Assembly: GCF_964355755.1 (NCBI RefSeq)
Contig: NC_092675.1
Location: 26,384,912 to 26,448,911 of the forward strand
DNA length: 64,000 nt
Source of the DNA: Antedon mediterranea
Taxonomy: Eukaryota; Animalia; Echinodermata
Direction: 5' to 3'
Within the stretch, counting starts at the first letter, position 1. Each line of letters starts with the position of its first letter. The notes under the pieces were generated by a model, which saw only the letters and a list, made by a program, of their open reading frames with translations, did not search any database and had not been told where the DNA came from. Positions 38,101-50,800 of this stretch are shown piece by piece. The position numbers and the translations under genes are program-made.

Positions 38101-41100
38101 ATTGTGGATCAATGAAGTTGACTGGCCTAATTTCAAGGTGTCACTTGTGGGGAATGTGGTTGTGTTGATGAAATGGTGCTAAATTAATGTGTTTTCCAAC
38201 CTTGAGACTGTCTGAGCCAATCCTTTACCAGGGTTTTGTAATATTCTGTAGAGGTGGTAATATATTTTCTGAAAAAAAGCAACTGGTAACCAAGTTATGT
38301 ATACTCTGATACCATTATTTACCAGTGGTAGCATAACAATATTTTAAAAGTCTATCTTGCTTTTTTATATTTACTGTAATGTATAGTTCGCAACTCATTT
38401 TTGTAAACATGATTTTAAACCATTGAAAGAAGAAAATTGATATTTAACACACAGTAAACCTGCTGCCATAGCACATCACCTACAGTACTGTAGCTGTGGA
38501 ATTCCCTGATTGATAAAGACTAGGATGGAGCTTAATAATGAACCAATGTATGTAATACCATCATAATTAATATACTAGGCGTTTATTTGAACAAGTGATC
38601 ATAAATGCAAATGCAAGATCATAGTTCAATCTTTTAAAAGATAATTTTGTAGCTGTTCAGGTTGTCAACAAGGAGTGCATTAGAATGTTAGAATTTCAGT
38701 GATTTTCTATAGCTTCTGGCAATATTTTGTTATTATGAAGGAGGAGGAAGGGATGGTTTTTAGTATAATATTTTTTTTCACACAACAGGGAAACCAACCA
38801 CATATCTGTACTTTATATGAAAAGTTGACCATGTATGATTAGGCTAGGATGATTAAATAATACACAACTTATCTATAAAAAAAATCACATTGCATTGAAC
38901 TTTCCAGTCTTACCAAATTCCATGTTGACAGAATATGGTCATATTGCATTGGTATCTTGATAAGAAGTAATAATTGGCAGTGAAGAATGAGAAAGAAATT
39001 ATATTTTCTTGATATAATGTGCAAAAAAAAAAAATAGATTTAGTAGTTGCACAATTAAGCAAAGGCCTACAATGATTGTACATGGTTGAAAAATTATATA
39101 TGAAATATATTTTATTTTGTCATGATTAAAATGAATATTGTACTAAAATTGTATTGGCAAGAGTGAGCGTAGTAACGTAGCCACGAGAAATAAAGTGGTC
39201 CTGCAATGGTCTCGGGAAAAGGGATCAATCTTTGTGGCTGGCTGTCTAAGGCCTAGTGAAAAGTGGTTAGGTTGAAACCTTAATACCAACCATACTACAG
39301 TAGTGGAGGCCCTGCTACTACAGTCTTGATGATATAAAATATTGCAATATTTGTTTTCTTTTAGTTCATAGTACAATAAATTAACATTTGGGTCATGGGT
39401 TTTATCTGGTCTAATTGGACAACACTGCTAATTATTTAGACATATTTTCAACTAAAGTGATGAGAGAGATTCCAGGGGTCAGAAAAGCAATGAAATAACT
39501 GATTACTCTATACTACTGTATGCTGAATTCAATTTTAATAACCAGTATAGTATTTGAGTTATTGTAGCTTTGTTCAAAGCCTATTGCATGAATTTCCACT
39601 TAATTAAATAATTAAACATCAAATATTGAATTTTCACATTGTTTCTTATTTGACCTCATTTGACCCCATTCATGAATTGATTGAATACATTTGAAAAGAT
39701 TTTAAAAAGGAAGCTAAAAACTATTATTTATTTCAGAGTTTGCAAACTGAAAGAATTCAATTCATTATTACCAATGGCAAAATATAGACTAATAAATTAT
39801 AGTTAAACTGGAATGTTATTGAGAGAGTTCCCATCTCGATTGCTATATTGAGTGATACTTTACTCCAAGCCTAGATCTTGATTGAAAATACAGATACATT
39901 ACTCATAGTACATCTGTGTCTTGGGTACAGGTGGCAGGGTACAGGTGGCAGGGAACATTTACAGATATTGCCTGCTAAGAGATGGAATATAGATAAGATT
40001 TTACATCCCCCAAGGTTATGACATTTTTTTCAAGGGACTATATTTTGCTCCACACCATTGAAATGGACTAGAAATTGGTTACAGTATACAGTGCCTTTTT
40101 TTTTTTGTTACAGTTTGTGTTACGGTTTTTATTTATACTTCGATGCACAATCATACTGAACTTTTTTTTATTAAAACTCAATTCATGAAATACTCTGGTC
40201 ATTTTTAACTTCTACTGGTCATAACATCAAATGTGGTCAGCCAATTGAGTAAATTTCAATGACAGACTGCCAAGTCCCACAATACACTATCAGTTTTATA
40301 ATTATTGGCTACTTTGTATTTTTTCAGTATCTGATATAAACTGTATTTTTTGCACCTTTAAGGAATTACAGTATCAAAACACCTTTATTATATCATCCAT
40401 ATCTTCATTGAATCCATATTAATTAGAATCTATTCACAATCTGCAACATTGCAGTTCCCAAAGGATTATTGTTAGTGCTATGAAATCGTTAAACAGCAGT
40501 GTTAGTTCCAGGCACTTTATATTCAGATTTTAAGCTAAATCGCTTTGATATGCGCCAAGTAATATAATTATGTGTTCCAATGGAGTGGTGTTTATACAAA
40601 TATAAAGGCTGACCAAGATTGGGAAACATTTTACTAGTGATGTGAGGATAATATAACTTATAATTTCACCTTGTTTTTTATTGTGTGTCAGGAAAATACT
40701 GTTCTTACTGTTAAGTTATTAAATCATGGAGGTTTCATTAGAAACCATAGAGATATTATAATTAATATCTATGTTAGAAACACAACAAACCCATAGGAAT
40801 AACTACTCTGCCATAAATACCAGTATTCACTATTCTATTTTCTTGCAAAATCAATTTTTATTTAAAAATTATAGCTTTTTATTTGTCAACTGGCTGCTTG
40901 ACAGTATAATCTAGCAAGCAATATACAGTAGTACCAGACAATTAAAGAAATTGTGTGAAAGAAACTTGTGGTTTTGTTGTATTTTTAATTCATTGTATTA
41001 GGCAACCATTGTTAGCTTACTAATTGTCTAGGATAACAATGCCTACAAAGGTGTGAATGTTGAATTGTTTGTGGTATAGGTAAATATTAGTTGGTGTTTT

Positions 41101-41747
41101 CAATATAATCATTATAGTCTGTGCTTTACTACAGTTTGGCTTGGTATAGTAGGTCTGCAATAATCTGTAAAGTAAGTTGCATTATTTACGCAAATTGTAT
41201 GGTTTAAATTCAATTTTAGCCGAATTGTATGATAAATTCAATGGCTTTATACTTACAATTGTAGTTAAGGAAGTATATTACACAAAATATGTGTGTACAT
41301 ATTATGTTTTTGTGTGGGTGTGTGTACATTATGAAATAAGAGATCTAATGTTACTCTGTGGAGGAAAGAGAGAGAGAAATACTAAAGTAAAGTCCCATTT
41401 GCTTTATTTTGGATATTGTTGAACAGAAGGTTTGCTTCATTTTACTTTAGCATGCAATAAGCAAGCAATACTGACAAATTGGAAATTACTTCTTGTCATA
41501 GTTGGTTGTACTGTAGCATCACATATTGTGTCTAACCATCTACAAATAGTAATTTCAAACGAATCCTACCGTCAACATAGTTTTTGTTCGCAAGTTTATT
41601 GGTATTATAGGTCCTGAATGGTTACAAAATATGTTGTACATAATATTCAGTAACAAGTTTTTTTTTGTTGTGTTTGAAATGCTGATTCAATGATGTGTCA
41701 CTGTATTTTAAATATCATTTTCATTGGTTTGTTCTTTACAGAAAGAT

Positions 41748-41840
41748 ATGCCTGAACTGAAGGAAGAGGCCACGGGAGAGCAGCCCAACATAAATGACGA
41801 TGATGAAGCTGCCAAAAAGTACCAGGATAAACCAGGTTTG
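41748..41840 (+). CDS. ANK2: Ankyrin N-terminal exon [31 protein letters not shown] (exon begins 41742)
   Basis: Acceptor ttctttacag ends at 41741; ATG at 41748; donor gtgagt at 41841, phase 0. Confidence 0.8.
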
Positions 41841-44800
41841 GTGAGTAAAAGTGATTGAATTATCTGAAAACCAGAATTTCCTCCAGGTCCAAAAAGTCCA
41901 AAATTCTTTTTTACCGTTAAAAACATAATTACCAGAATTTGTGGAAAACCATACATATTAGGCTAGCCCAATGATGTACAGTTTGTGAAGAGTTGAGAAG
42001 CGTATGAAATCTTTGGCTTGTGTTAATATAAATATAATTCATTATGGAATACAAGTTATTCTTAATTACTGCCTGATTTTGGTCATTTTCTCATCCAGAG
42101 CATTGCCCAGGTAGCTTGGCTTCATACCAAGTCTGAATAGTTAAAACAATTGAGAATAATAAAAAAAAAACATAAATATATATTTGTTGAATCATGTTAT
42201 CCTATGGGGACTCCAATCTTAAAGCATGCAATTACTTATTTTGACATTTCACCTTTTTCTGTTATTATTGTACTGTATTCTTAAAATTTTGAGAAAAAAA
42301 TAAAATGACTTTTTTAAATCGTTTTGTTAATTTGCTTTTATGCAGACTGATGGTAATGCAAGCTTCCTACGGGCCGCACGTGCAGGCAACTTAGAAAAAG
42401 TATTTGACTACTTAAAAGGAAGCACTGATATCAACACAAGTAATGCGGTAAGACATTTTTTTGTTTTAGAACCAGATTATCGGTTCCGGTAAAAGCTAAG
42501 GACAATGTTTGTATTGACGACTATAATAGCTGAAGCAAAGACATTATCAATAATGTCATTTCTCCTCATTGAGAAATTCTAGATTCTGTCCTCTGTGAAC
42601 CTGGAATGACAATGGCTAAGATAGACCAATTCACCAGGGTAACTCCCTCTTCCGAAAAGGTGCAGGGTTCCTAAAGTGTGCATAAGCGAAGCGTCTACCT
42701 CCAGTTTTGAGACCTTAATACGAGAATACTGGTTTTACCACCAGAACGCTGGTCGAGGAGAGCCTTGAACCTGTTCCGATATTATGGCTATGGTGTCCAG
42801 AGCCCCCTGCCTTAACTGCTTTGTCACTGTTGATCAGATACAAGCTAAATTCAAGATTCCCTCTATTAAGATTAGAATGAAATAAGCTTCCATACAATAC
42901 CATCTGAGTTTTGGTTATTTAAATACTCAAAAATAGAACAACCAGTACACAAAAATACAGAATATTGGATAATCAACGGAATAATATTTTAACAAGTTTT
43001 ATAATGATAATTCATCATACAGTAGAATACTAGCTGTATGCAAACTATGACACAATTTTCTGTTCATTATTTTTGATAGACAAATAAAGATACTATGAAT
43101 ATGACTAGTATTACCTCCTAAAAATATTTTATTATAAGCCATTATTTCTAGGAAAACATTTAACCAAGTTCCATTTAACCAGTGTACTATTACTAACATT
43201 TAATTGACGTATACTGTACTGTGTTAATTCATAAGGTTGGTCAATACAATATTAAAATAGTTACTGTAGAGGGAAATTATACGACACATTCAATAACATG
43301 TTTGCTATCGTCTTCCAGCTGCCCTTAAGCTATTTGTAATGATAGAGAAAACATGAAATGACCAATGCATCTTGAAATACTACATACATTAAATCAAGTT
43401 AAAGTTTACATTCGTGTAATGACCTTTGAAATATTTAACTTACTATTATTATGAACCTAAAAATAGTTACATGAATTGTTACATAAGTGTATTTGTGTTT
43501 TAGAATTCACCAACAAATAACTACAATTCCAAAAATAGAGTATGCTATTTTTCATTTACTGTATAAAAGGAAACCCAATTCCATTGAGTTTTAAAATACA
43601 GTCAGCCCAATACCGGACACCCTCCTGTAATATGTCAGGTTTTCCAGAAATTATGGTTTTAATGGTAAAAAGGACGTTTTGGACCTTAAGGCAAAATTAT
43701 GGTTTTGAGAGAGTTGAGTGTAGTTTACTACTATATTTACTACAGTACTAATAAACTTTCTGCTTGTTGATCATAATTACCTACTTTTTCCGCATGACTA
43801 TTCCAATATTTGTACTATTATTTACATTGGCACAATATGATTGTTAATATCTAGGTAAACCAGGGCAGATGATGACATTCTTCTCTCCTTTATATTATTC
43901 TTTCCTTCTCATTAATCATTGTAAATTAGTTTGGTATGCTGGTATGCTCTGATATGTGTAAAATCATCTTTTAATTGACAGCAATTCAATTTAATCTAGT
44001 ATGCTGATTATAGAGCAATATTTTAGTCCTTTCTGTTTAGTGTACTGTAGGTTGGCTATTATGCCTACATACTCAGAAATCTTGTGAGGCGCCTCTATAA
44101 TATATTGAATAAAAAGTAATAATAATACAACTACAGTAAAACTACAAACATTACTATGTTGAGAATATTGTATCGATTTTTTTAAATAATAGAACATTAT
44201 GATTATTTTATGGAGATCAATAAGGCCTTCCAGCAATCAAGATTCGTTTCTATCCAAAATGTATTGATAATAAATTCAATTTATACTAAACGTAATTTAT
44301 ACTAAACATTGTACATAATTTCTAGTATGTAGACCGATCCATTATGATATTGCAATATTAATAAACTTACATACAAGAGAGAGAGAGAAAAAATCTAATT
44401 TATAGAGGGCAGTATTACTCTTTGAGTATATGTTTGTTGAATTGATTAGCTTTATTCAATCGACAAGCTTTAGCTCATCAAATTCCTTGTCGTTTCTATC
44501 TGACTTGTGTGAGCAGTTTGAGAAGCCAGTGAGCAACTAGGCTATTGACTATGAATTGAAAAAAATGTTGGCAACATTTCAGAAATGATAATAGTCAGCA
44601 TAGCATACTGTATATTGCTGCCCTCTATTTAATTTAAATTTGCACAGCTATTCATGTTGCATTGATTTCACTTGACTGGTCTTTTTAGGATATCTAGCTC
44701 CTCAAACTCCTCACTGTTTTGTGTTTATAGTTTGAGCAGCCTTACCTGTCAAATATGTATTTAGATTATTTATGTTGATTAAAATTATTCTCTAACAATT

Positions 44801-47800
44801 ACTAATATTGTAAGATTTATGTATGCTGCCCTCTATCCCATGCTATTGGTAATTATGTAATTCATTCATTCAATCTTTTATTTCGCAATCTTTGGTCCAT
44901 AGAAAGTAAAATTACACTATAAATTAATTTTTTTTTAAGAAGAGAACTGTACTAATTACTACTACTCATCTCAGGATGGCATTTCACCCCGGAGAGCATC
45001 TTTGATATAGGATGTTGTCTGTACAAACTAAAACATTTTTACTTGAATTAAGCCTACATTCTGATTTCATTTGACAAACGAAAACTTCTTATATTTAATA
45101 ATAAATCTTTCCAAAAGGAATATTCATGGTATTCTGTATATAACCTCAAAGATAATTCTGGTTTAAAGTCTTCAATTCAATTACCTATATAAAATGTACC
45201 TTCCTTTTCCATTTTTTTTTTTAATTTGCCAACTAAATGATACTGTCGTGTTTATAGATTAGAAAAAAAGTCTTTTGTTTTAATGCAGCACCCATTAAAT
45301 CTATGTGTAGTGAAAAAAACATACAATTGTTCTTCAATTTTAATGTACAGTAATGACATCTGGACTTATTTACAATTTACTTCCATAATTTTTTTACAAT
45401 TATAGTTGTTAAAATTCACAAACATAGCAATTAACACTGAATAACCTGCCTACATTGTATTCTTCTGGTATTGTCTAGTACAGTATACATTTCAACACAC
45501 TTTTCACTACAAACATTAATGAAATGAAAATATCTTATTGGCTACTGACTTGATATCAAAGCTAGTTCATTTCCAGTATGATATTGCTGTAATTCAATAC
45601 CATCTTTTGTTCCTCTTTATTATGACTCCCACAGTGCTTGCCTCCAAATGAAGGTATATTGATTGTTATTGTATTGGATCTTAAAGGCGTGCAACACTTA
45701 TTGCCTGTGTACAGGATACGCAAATCTTAACTCAATCACCACATTTAATCTATATTAATTTGCTTGAAATCCACTACATCCCAACCATATCAACGAACAC
45801 TGTTGAAACAAGCTCTCATAACACTCACATCAATGAATTTTGTCTTGAAGATTTCTCATTAGATTTCATTGGCTGTAATCCTGACGACCTGACTTGATTG
45901 CAGGTCAAAGTAATAATAGCCTAAATATAATAATGAATTATTCAGACCAGTGGTAGCGCTACTTTTGCACGACTGACGTATGAACAGAGAGAAAGTGTTG
46001 TTATCAACATCATTTCCTTTCAAATTTCTGTTATACACGCACAAAACAAAATCTTGACTTGATACATGCACAGTCTGGTTCATTGAGTCTATTGTTCTGA
46101 TTAAAGTACTCATAAACATTGGACGGATTCATTTTTCATTCAGGGATTCGGGAGAAACATTGGAGTGCATGCTGCATATTTCTTTTCATTACTCTCACGA
46201 CTGACAGGTTTATTACCTGTTTTCAATGTGTTAAATCATCTCTGCCAGATTTTAAAATGGATCTTCTTTTTATTTAATTGGTTATTGAGTTAAGAAGTTG
46301 AATGAAGTTAAGTCTTCGTCTATTGCTTTAAGTGCATATTCGTTTTACCTTGGAAATGATGTGGAGCTAACCAATATTGAGTGTTTAGTTTTCAAATTAT
46401 CCTCCAAAAGGGTTATCAAAATTGTGCGTGAAATCGATTGTCGAGGACCTTTAGCAGTTTTTTCGATTGATTAATACAGCCTACGTGTACGGTGTTTATA
46501 TTAAATTTAAAGTGGAAGACAAATTGACTTTTTGTAAAAACCATGAAAATGGAGTACTACTCGTACACATTTTATCATTGAGTATCATGCGATCATTTTG
46601 TACATTCGCGATTGTAACACTAGTTTAATTGTAGTTAGTCGGAAGGGCTAAAGTGAAAGTTGAAAGAAACCGACGCGCATTTTGGAAAGGGAAGGAAACA
46701 GATTTTGATCATAAATGATTTTATGCTAAACATCTAAGCAGACTTTGGATATAAATCTTAAGCATCATTCTTTTTGTTAACATAAATGAAATCTGCTTGC
46801 TGTTTTGGGTTATGTTCTGTGGAACTAATAGGAAGCAAGAGAAAGTTTATCTAAATTTTGATAAAATACTTAGGAAGCGAGAGAAAGTATACTGAAGATC
46901 TTGTCATTTTATTTTTGGATTCTGTTTGTATCAACATACTATATCTAGTGAAACATTAATCCTACTATAAAGTTGTATACTAAATGTAAAACTGGAAATA
47001 TAATATTCAAATATTTGCCAATGCTCTCAGATTTTCTCGAAGATGTTTTTGACTTCTAATATTTGATCCATTAAATATTACGTTTAAAAATTTGGACAAG
47101 GAATTCAGTAACATTGTTTTGTACCATGACTTTAAAACAAAAATCTACGCATCGAGTTGTTTTAAACTGAAAACAAACGTGAGGATTTTGTAATAGACAA
47201 TTCATTATATTACCCTTTATTATTATTAAATAACATTTGTCTTAAACGCCGCATGCTAGAATACCGTAATCGGCACGATAACTTAGATGGAGAAATTGCT
47301 TTAACAAGCGGATTACTTATCATTAGCGTTTCAAATGAGGTACATTAGTGACACAATGTTTGTTACTCGCAACATTCACGATGAGTATTTAAAACTACAA
47401 CACAGAAGAATTCGGGATAATTTACTTAATGATATTTTTGGTCATCTCAACAAAATGTTCCAAATGGATGATGAAACAAGCTATGACGAGGTTTGAATTG
47501 TCTCAATTGTTTTTATTTTGAAAGCCCCTCCATCATCATAATAAATAAGCACTGCACCTGAATCGCAAGTGTTAATGTGTTAGATAGTACAGTACATTGT
47601 ACTTAGAATATAAGTCTCCATCATCAAGCAATGTGAAAAAGTAGTTATTATTTTAATATTACATATTGTTCTGAATTAATAATGGCAGTCAACTGTTCAA
47701 TAGATAAATTTTCCCTTTTCTATCTTATTCTTACGATAAGTTTGTTTATAAATTAGAGTGTTATGAATTTTTCTGAAGCATAACCATGTGTTTCTCAAAG

Positions 47801-50800
47801 TGTGTTTGTGTCCATTCATTCTCATGTAACATTTTTTAATTTGGCAATATTATGTTTAACCTATGAAACCATGTCATTATAATATCAACAGGTAGAAAAG
47901 ATCTATAAGAAAGCAACACAAAACATTTTAACATTAAAATGATTGATTAGCCCATATACATTGTTATTCGATCATGTCTTTATCAGAGGAAGAGAAAGCG
48001 AACGCCAAAGGAAAGGCACTAATTATATTTCATATAAATTATTGGTCATTTTTAATGAGATAATTATTCCCATCCATATTTTTAATGAATGTCTTAACTC
48101 TTATTAAACAACATTCAAAAAAAGCAAATTATGCACAATTAGATAATAATTTATGTTTTGATAATGTCATACGATCAATAAAATCTTTGTAATCAACAAA
48201 AGCAGCTAAAAATATAGAAATCTTGTTGATTGTACAACATGATAGTTGAAATGATTATTTGTTTGTCTGATGATAATTAGTGGACAATTCTACCTTACTG
48301 TACAGAAAGCTTAACTTGAGAAATAGGATGACAGTACAGTATAGTGTAAGTAAGTGTGTTGACAAGAAATGTAGTTTCCCAATAAATGATACTGTATGAT
48401 TCTGTATGATTCATTACCATTAAGATCTTCATGATTGCTCTAGGATTCAAAGGAATTATCTGACTCTGACCTAGGATTATCATATAGTTGGTTCCAGTAT
48501 TATCTCATAATCTCTAGGATTACCTATGAGTCTCTAGGATCACATCGTTGAATATCTATGATTTCTCGTTTGGTCCTAGAAGAAACATTTTTTTCGTGTC
48601 AAGTAAGAACTGCGCAGTAAGTTCGTCATTATATTTCACAAGGTGATAGAGAAAACACTGATGTATTTATCTTTGAGGTGTACCTATAGCTCTCCACACC
48701 AACCTCACTCAGTTTAATGTAAGCATTGGACTCTTAATGCAATCTCGAATATTGTATGGATTTTTTGATAGTGTTGACAAACTATATCACCTAATGAAGT
48801 AATGGTAAACATGCAGGTTAAGTCAATATTTGTTTGAGGTCCCCTGTAATTGTTTTTGGTTTCAACAATATCAATTTCAATGGATTTACCAATCAAGCCC
48901 ATGTTGACCAAGAGATGATACTATGTTTGGTAGATTTGATCTTTCTACAATCTTAGACACAAACTAGCAAACTGTACTCATTTCTTTTACTTGTTTTTTT
49001 CACATTTCATCCATTCAAAACTGAATGGCACTTTTTTTAAATGTTAATGAAGCTTACTGTATGTATAGTAAATTTAATTGTAGAAAGTAATACAGTATGT
49101 CAACACGTTTGTTTGTCTGAACATTACATTCATTCAGTTTCAAATGTCATCTCTCTGACATCCTCTTAACTTGGAATGGACTTTGATACACATCTAAAGA
49201 TTGATAAATTGAAAATCACTTTGAAAAGTTGCTTTAAGTTTTTGCAATCTACACAAACTGTTTCCAATGTCTGTACAGTAGAAAACAAAGTGTCATATAT
49301 TTCCCCTCATTCATTATCCCGGGATAACCTTTTCAATAGGGATCCGAAAGTAGGCTTCTATTGTTATCATCACTGTTTCTTGACTTTTTTAACCAATGCA
49401 AACTTTTTTAGCTACACCTACAGTACGCAATTTTCTTACTAAAGATAGTTTTTTATCTCCAAAGTTGTAGAAATGTAGGGCAATATTCAATCAACATCTG
49501 TAAATGTGTTCTTAATGTTTTATAACGATCACGTATCTGCTTCATGAACCAAGTAACATTTGTTTCGTGTAATTACTGTGTCAAAATTATAGAAAACATA
49601 AAATATTCATTCCAGCTGAACATGTTGAAGACACATAAAAAGAACAGAATGTTCTTTTAAAGTTTGGCTCAAGATTTACTGCTACATAATAATTATGATT
49701 CTAGTAGCTGTACTGTAGGTGGAAATGTGTCTTTCGCTTTAATTCCACCAAACATAGTTATTATACTGTATGTTTAGCCTGTGCTACATTAATGTAATTC
49801 AAGTAATGGTTTATGTTTCAGTCTTATTCCCATAGTACACTTAAGTGTGTATAAATATTAATATTTAATCCAAGTATTGGTTTTCTACTTTTTTCTTGTC
49901 ACATTTTTCCATATTATAGATGTCGCATTGAATATTGCACAGTTTTCACTCACATTTTTACCAAGACAATTAACAATAGTATATAAATAGTAAAGTCCCG
50001 GCCTATTCTTTTAAACCAGGTTTTCTATAATAATCATTTCAATACATTTTTCATTTGTCATTTAGAATGGACTGAACGCTCTTCATCTTAGTTCGAAAGA
50101 GGGTCATTTGAACATTGTGACAGAATTGCTGAAAAGAGGAGCTGATGTTGATGCAGCCACTAAGGTAAAGTATCAAGAAATAATTATAACAGTAATGATT
50201 ACAAAACAAGAATTTATTAAAGTTCATACTGTTTGGTGCCTTACATGTTTCTTCCTTGGGTTTGAATCTTACCTTATTTCTGGTGGTTTAGAGACATGCC
50301 AGGCTAGTGTGATATAAGGTGGTAGGTTTGAATCCCACACAAGAATACTTGGACAGACCAGCAAATTCAAACAGAAAATGTGTTAAAATACAAATCCAAT
50401 ATAGTGATTTAAACAACCCACCAACCACACCTAAACTATGACATAATTCTAGGACTTGGCATCTACAGTATAAACAAAAATTCTCTTCCAGATTGATTCA
50501 GTTTTAGCCTTTAAAGAGTACTAACATCTGATCAATATAATTTTGCTAGACTAATTCACTAACAGGTTTACTGAAATTAATAGATTACTAGATTATACTT
50601 TTTTAAATGATAATGTAATTTACATTCTTTAAAATGTAGTTTTCAAAATATCCGTCATGTTTGTAACAATGTGAAAAGTGCCTGAAATATCCTGGTAATT
50701 GCTAGGTACATTTTAGTAATTCATTTTTGTCGTAACTACAGTACAGCTGTTTTTTTTGCTTGGAAATTGTTATCAGATTTACTAATTAATTATAATTACA

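Noticed and set aside
41708-41956. 82-aa minus-strand ORF
   Set aside because: Antisense shadow of the ankyrin N-terminal exon plus a MITE fragment.
45859-46119. 86-aa minus-strand ORF as a possible LINE or nested gene
   Set aside because: No recognisable RT, endonuclease or other motif and no supporting splice structure.
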